Origin: Mesotaenium endlicherianum
Lineage: Eukaryota
DNA: 64,000 nucleotides
Assembly: GCA_009602735.1 (NCBI GenBank)
Contig: WELA01002449.1
Coordinates: 121,818 to 185,817 of the forward strand
Direction of reading: 5' to 3'
Shown here: in pieces, positions 60,501 through 64,000 of the stretch
Layout of the letters: each line of letters starts with the position of its first letter
Position numbering within the stretch: the first letter of the stretch is position 1
The notes under the pieces: model-generated
Database searches by the model: none
What the model was told of the DNA's origin: nothing
Seen by the model: only the letters and a program-made list of their open reading frames with translations
Made by a program: the position numbers and the translations under genes

Positions 60501-63500
60501 GCCCATTCCTGCTAGAGCAAGCTAGAGCGGGTGAGGGGACGACTCAGTGTGTGAGTGGGCGAGTGAGCGATTGAGTTGCTGCGCTGTGCATGCGCCTAAA
60601 CACGCCTGCAAGCCATGCACAGCGAATGCGGTAGTAATATATGCGCCTCCTTGTTCATCTAGAAGGCCCTTTTTTGCTGTATCAATTGCGCACTGGTGTG
60701 CGGGGTCAATGCATGCGGGGCCTTCTCAGGCTTGCTGCTTGTGCGGCTGCTCACACGCGCATCATGCGGGTGGGAAGTCTCCCCCTCTTGCTCTCATTTT
60801 TGTGTGCACGGCTGACAAGCAGGTGCCGACAAACGCTCTCACTGGTGGGTGCATTTTGTTTCGGTGGTCGGATGGGAGATACAATTAGATGCACGAGTGA
60901 GCAGATCTCCCTAGATAGGCTATTGGGCGGTTGCACGGCTAGATGGGGGCTGCCGGGATGTCAATGTCCGTGAGTGTGCTATGGTAGTACATGCTTTGAA
61001 GAATGCGTGACTGCGTGCGGGCAGGCTTTCGGGGCATCAAGAATGCACCACCGCTCAGGCCGTGTGTCTGACACGGGTGCTGGATGAATGGGCGGCTGGA
61101 CGTGCGCAGGCTGTCGGGACATCGACGACGCCCTCCACTGCACGGCGCTGCCCAACGGGAACTTTGAAGTCGGCGTCCGTATCCCCTTCGATGGCCTCCC
61201 TCTCTCTCCTGCCCTCTCCATCTTACCCTCCCGCCCGCCCACCCGCGAGGCAGAGCGAAGAAGAAGTATGTCCAGCATGATCAGTCAAATCGCACGTGTG
61301 CTCTGTCATCAGCTCCCGTGCACAGGCGCACAGCTGGCGTGCGATGATGAGCTGGCACGTCACCTCTTGGCCTTTGCGGTGCTGTCAGCGCCTGTCTCGG
61401 CTGGTGATGCTGCATATGGTCAGCCGTGTCCACAATTAGCCCCCAAGCCAAGCAGCATTGCGCCGAGCAGTGCCGCCCGGGCTCGTCCCTTGAACCTGCC
61501 TGCTGCATGTTCTCCTGGCGTTGCACAGCTGCCAGCTGGCAGGCTTGCAGGACGCGCAGAGGATGCAAATTCGCCCTCTGCTTGAATCCACCGTTGTGTC
61601 CTGCCAGTCTGCGTGTGTGTTTTGGGCGGCTCCTTGACTAGCGTCCCTTCCCCCTCGCCCCCCCCCCGTGCACGCGCGCATCTGCCCCGGCCGCTCTCGG
61701 AAACCCTCCATATGCGTGCGCGCGGCTGTGCGAACCAAACAGACATTGCGGACGTGACAAACTTTGTGCTGCCGGGGTCGCCGCTGGACGAGGAGGCGGC
61801 GCAGCGGGGCACTTCCGTGTACCTGGTGGAAAAGAGAATCGACATGCTCCCCAAGCCTCTCACCGAGGGTAACCCTAAGGCAACCCTGCGCTCCTCCCCC
61901 CTCCCCCCTCCCCCCCCCGCCTGCTCCTCGCTGCCGCCTCCTTGTCCCAGCAAACCCCGTAGCCCTTCCCCGTTGCCTCGGCCTTCCCCTCTTGTCCCCC
62001 TCTGAACACAATAAAGGTGGGAGGAGACAGTAGGTGCATGTGACACGAGACGCGGAAGAAGATGACCTGAGAATGCATCCAACGCACAAGCGCGGAGACC
62101 GAGAATACTCCTTGCGGGAAGAGGCGTCTGAGGCGGGCAAGCTGGGTAGCTGCTGTGGGGTCGTGCCTGAAGTGACGACGCGCTCGGCTGAACCTCAACA
62201 CTCCTCCCACTCCGCCACCTGGCGGGCCTGGCGAGTGCATGAGCACGGGTTTACGAGCTTACCAAAGCATGCGTGTGCACGCGCACGGCACCTGCCGTCC
62301 CTTGGGAAGCCTGCACCCTAGCAACTGCTCGCGGACACGCATGCACGCTCGCATGTGCGTGCGCAGGAGATCGTACGTGAAATGGAAAGCGCCGCCCGGG
62401 CTGGCCGAGCATGATGCGGGCGCTGCAAGTGCCCCTCGCCGGACGGGCTGCTGCTCCATTCCTGTGCAGGCTGCGCACACTCCCATACATGCGTCCACGG
62501 GTCCTCGGGCTGTCAGGTCCTAGTGCACGATGTCTGTTCCTGCTGGCAGCAGCTGCTGTGTGCGCGCGCTGTCGGCCGACACGTTCTTGCGCCCACTGGC
62601 TTGTTGGAGATGTTGCTCTGGGCCACTTAAGCTTGACGCCTAACCGAAGTAAGGTGTTCCACTCTATCCCCTGAACACTCTCATTTCCGGCTCTCTAACA
62701 CGCACGCGTCATGCCACCTGGCCCCGTACCCAGAGCTTACTCACACTCTGCGTGCTTCTGTGATGCCTCTGCGGCTGTCACTCGACACTCGGCATGCCAA
62801 GTGGCAGGCTTAGGGCTGTCTGCGTCCGTGGCACAGTTGCCGGACCATGCTGAGGCCCAGGATGACACGCGGCAGTCTCGTATCTCTCCTCTCCATAAAT
62901 GTTTCTCCTGTGTTGCGCCCTTCTCTGAATCCCCCCTGCTGTACTCCCGCAGACATCTGCTCGCTGAGGGCGGACGTGGAAAGGCTGGCGTTTTCGGTCG
63001 TCTGGGAGATGAACGCGCTGGCGGAGGTGGTGTCGGCGCGCTTCACCAAGAGCGTCATCAAGTCGAGCGCGGCGCTGTCCTACGCAGAGGCGCAGGCGCG
63101 CATGGACGACAGGTGTCACTCCCTCCCACTCTCTCCCTCCTTCCCTCCCTCCTTCCTGCCGCCCCACTTGCCCTTCCTCCCTCCCTTGCTCGCTCGCTCG
63201 CTTGCACTCTCTCTCCCTTCCTCTCCCTCTGTCTGCCCCCCTGTGCTGACCATGTGACATTTGCTACGTCTTGTTGCTCAGTTTTCTTGATGAAGCGCAG
63301 ACAGGGCCGGTAGAGGGAGGGAGCTTCTCACGCTCTTCCCCGTCTGATATGGACCAGATTTCACAATTGAGGGGCACTCTGCCTCTGCTCCGCTCTGAAA
63401 GTGATCAATCGCGCCCATAAGGAGGAAGCCATGCGGACAACACCGAAACCTTCAGATCTCGAATTTGACACTCAAAACCAGAACCCAACTCTAACCCGAA

Positions 63501-63851
63501 TCTCAGTGTTGACTTACTAACCGCCCCTTTTTGGAGTCTGGAGGTGCATTGGCGTTTTAGCAATGCCCCCAAGCCCAGAGCTTCGGCTCTGCCCTCCCTT
63601 GAGCTCCTCAAGTTGGTCTGTCTTAAGTCACTTGATAAATGGCACCTCCTCCTCCTTATATTGGGCGGGCCCCCTGCCGGGGTGAAACAGAGTTACGGGG
63701 GAAGATGTGGGTGTTGACGCGCGTGCCTGTGCTTGTGCTGCTGCTGCTGGTGGTGGTGGTGGTGCTGGTGGGGTTGCGGGAGCGCGTGGGGGGCAGCCGG
63801 CTGTCGGACGGCATCACGACCGACCTGCGCAACATGAACCGCCTTGCCAAG
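51565..63851 (+). CDS. DIS3: Exosome catalytic subunit DIS3/RRP44 (PIN, cold-shock and RNB domains), 5' part; continues beyond the right edge
   Basis: Exons 51565-51618 (GC donor), 51904-52047, 52669-52826, 54348-54403, 55268-55390, 56223-56368, 57556-57802, 58280-58460, 58983-59223, [missing exon, probably in gap 59713-60212], 61110-61178, 61743-61868, 62953-63112, 63797-63851. Motifs [97 protein letters not shown]. Confidence 0.96.
59713..60212. other. Assembly gap (one of eight: 7019-7599, 13408-14185, 22726-23037, 23760-24074, 25993-26748, 37767-37776, 52942-53335, 59713-60212)
   Basis: N runs, nearly all bordered by G- or C-rich homopolymer tracts. Confidence 0.99.
61179..61742 (+). other. 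Probable U12-type GT-AG intron in DIS3, splitting the His codon of GVHIADV
   Basis: 5' site GTATCCCCTT; U12 branch motif TCCTTGAC at 61631-61638, unusually far from the AG; no polypyrimidine tract at the acceptor AACCAAACAG. Confidence 0.6.
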
Positions 63852-64000
63852 GTGCTGCTGCTGCTGCCCCTGCTGCTGCATCCTCAGCTCCTGCTGTAGT
63901 GCTTGGCCACCTGCACACCCACTCGCTTGCTCGCCTGCCTGTCCAACTTTCCTGCGTGCACCTATTCTTTCTTTCTCTCAGTGTGCGTATTTGTGTCTCT

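Overview
Intron-rich eukaryotic nuclear DNA from a draft assembly with eight N-gaps. The plant-like protein sequences and GC-rich, microsatellite-laden introns suggest a streptophyte green alga; this is an inference. Manual splicing supports seven protein-coding genes: (1) the 5' part of a cation-chloride cotransporter CCC1 (minus, runs off the left edge); (2) a type-II membrane, glycosyltransferase-like protein (9908-17233, +); (3) an unannotated two-exon 96-aa two-TM protein (minus); (4) an NRPS-like AAE19/AASDH gene with adenylation, carrier and PQQ-propeller domains (21236-38993, +); (5) a serine palmitoyltransferase small subunit (minus); (6) a ZC3H15/Tma46-type CCCH zinc-finger gene (minus); (7) the 5' part of DIS3/RRP44 (+, runs off the right edge). 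Repeats include a ~960-bp perfect (TTC)n tract, and a degenerate tandem array with an inverted block and a nested MITE-like element. The most unusual signals are in gene architecture. Many introns have C-rich 5' ends and G-rich 3' ends with no polypyrimidine tract. The palindrome GCCANNTGGC (mostly GCCACCTGGC) is strongly over-represented in gene bodies. Decayed tandem copies of intron-exon junctions recur. There are two U12-type intron candidates, and GC rises from 5' to 3' within genes. All exon structures were derived by eye and need RNA-seq confirmation.
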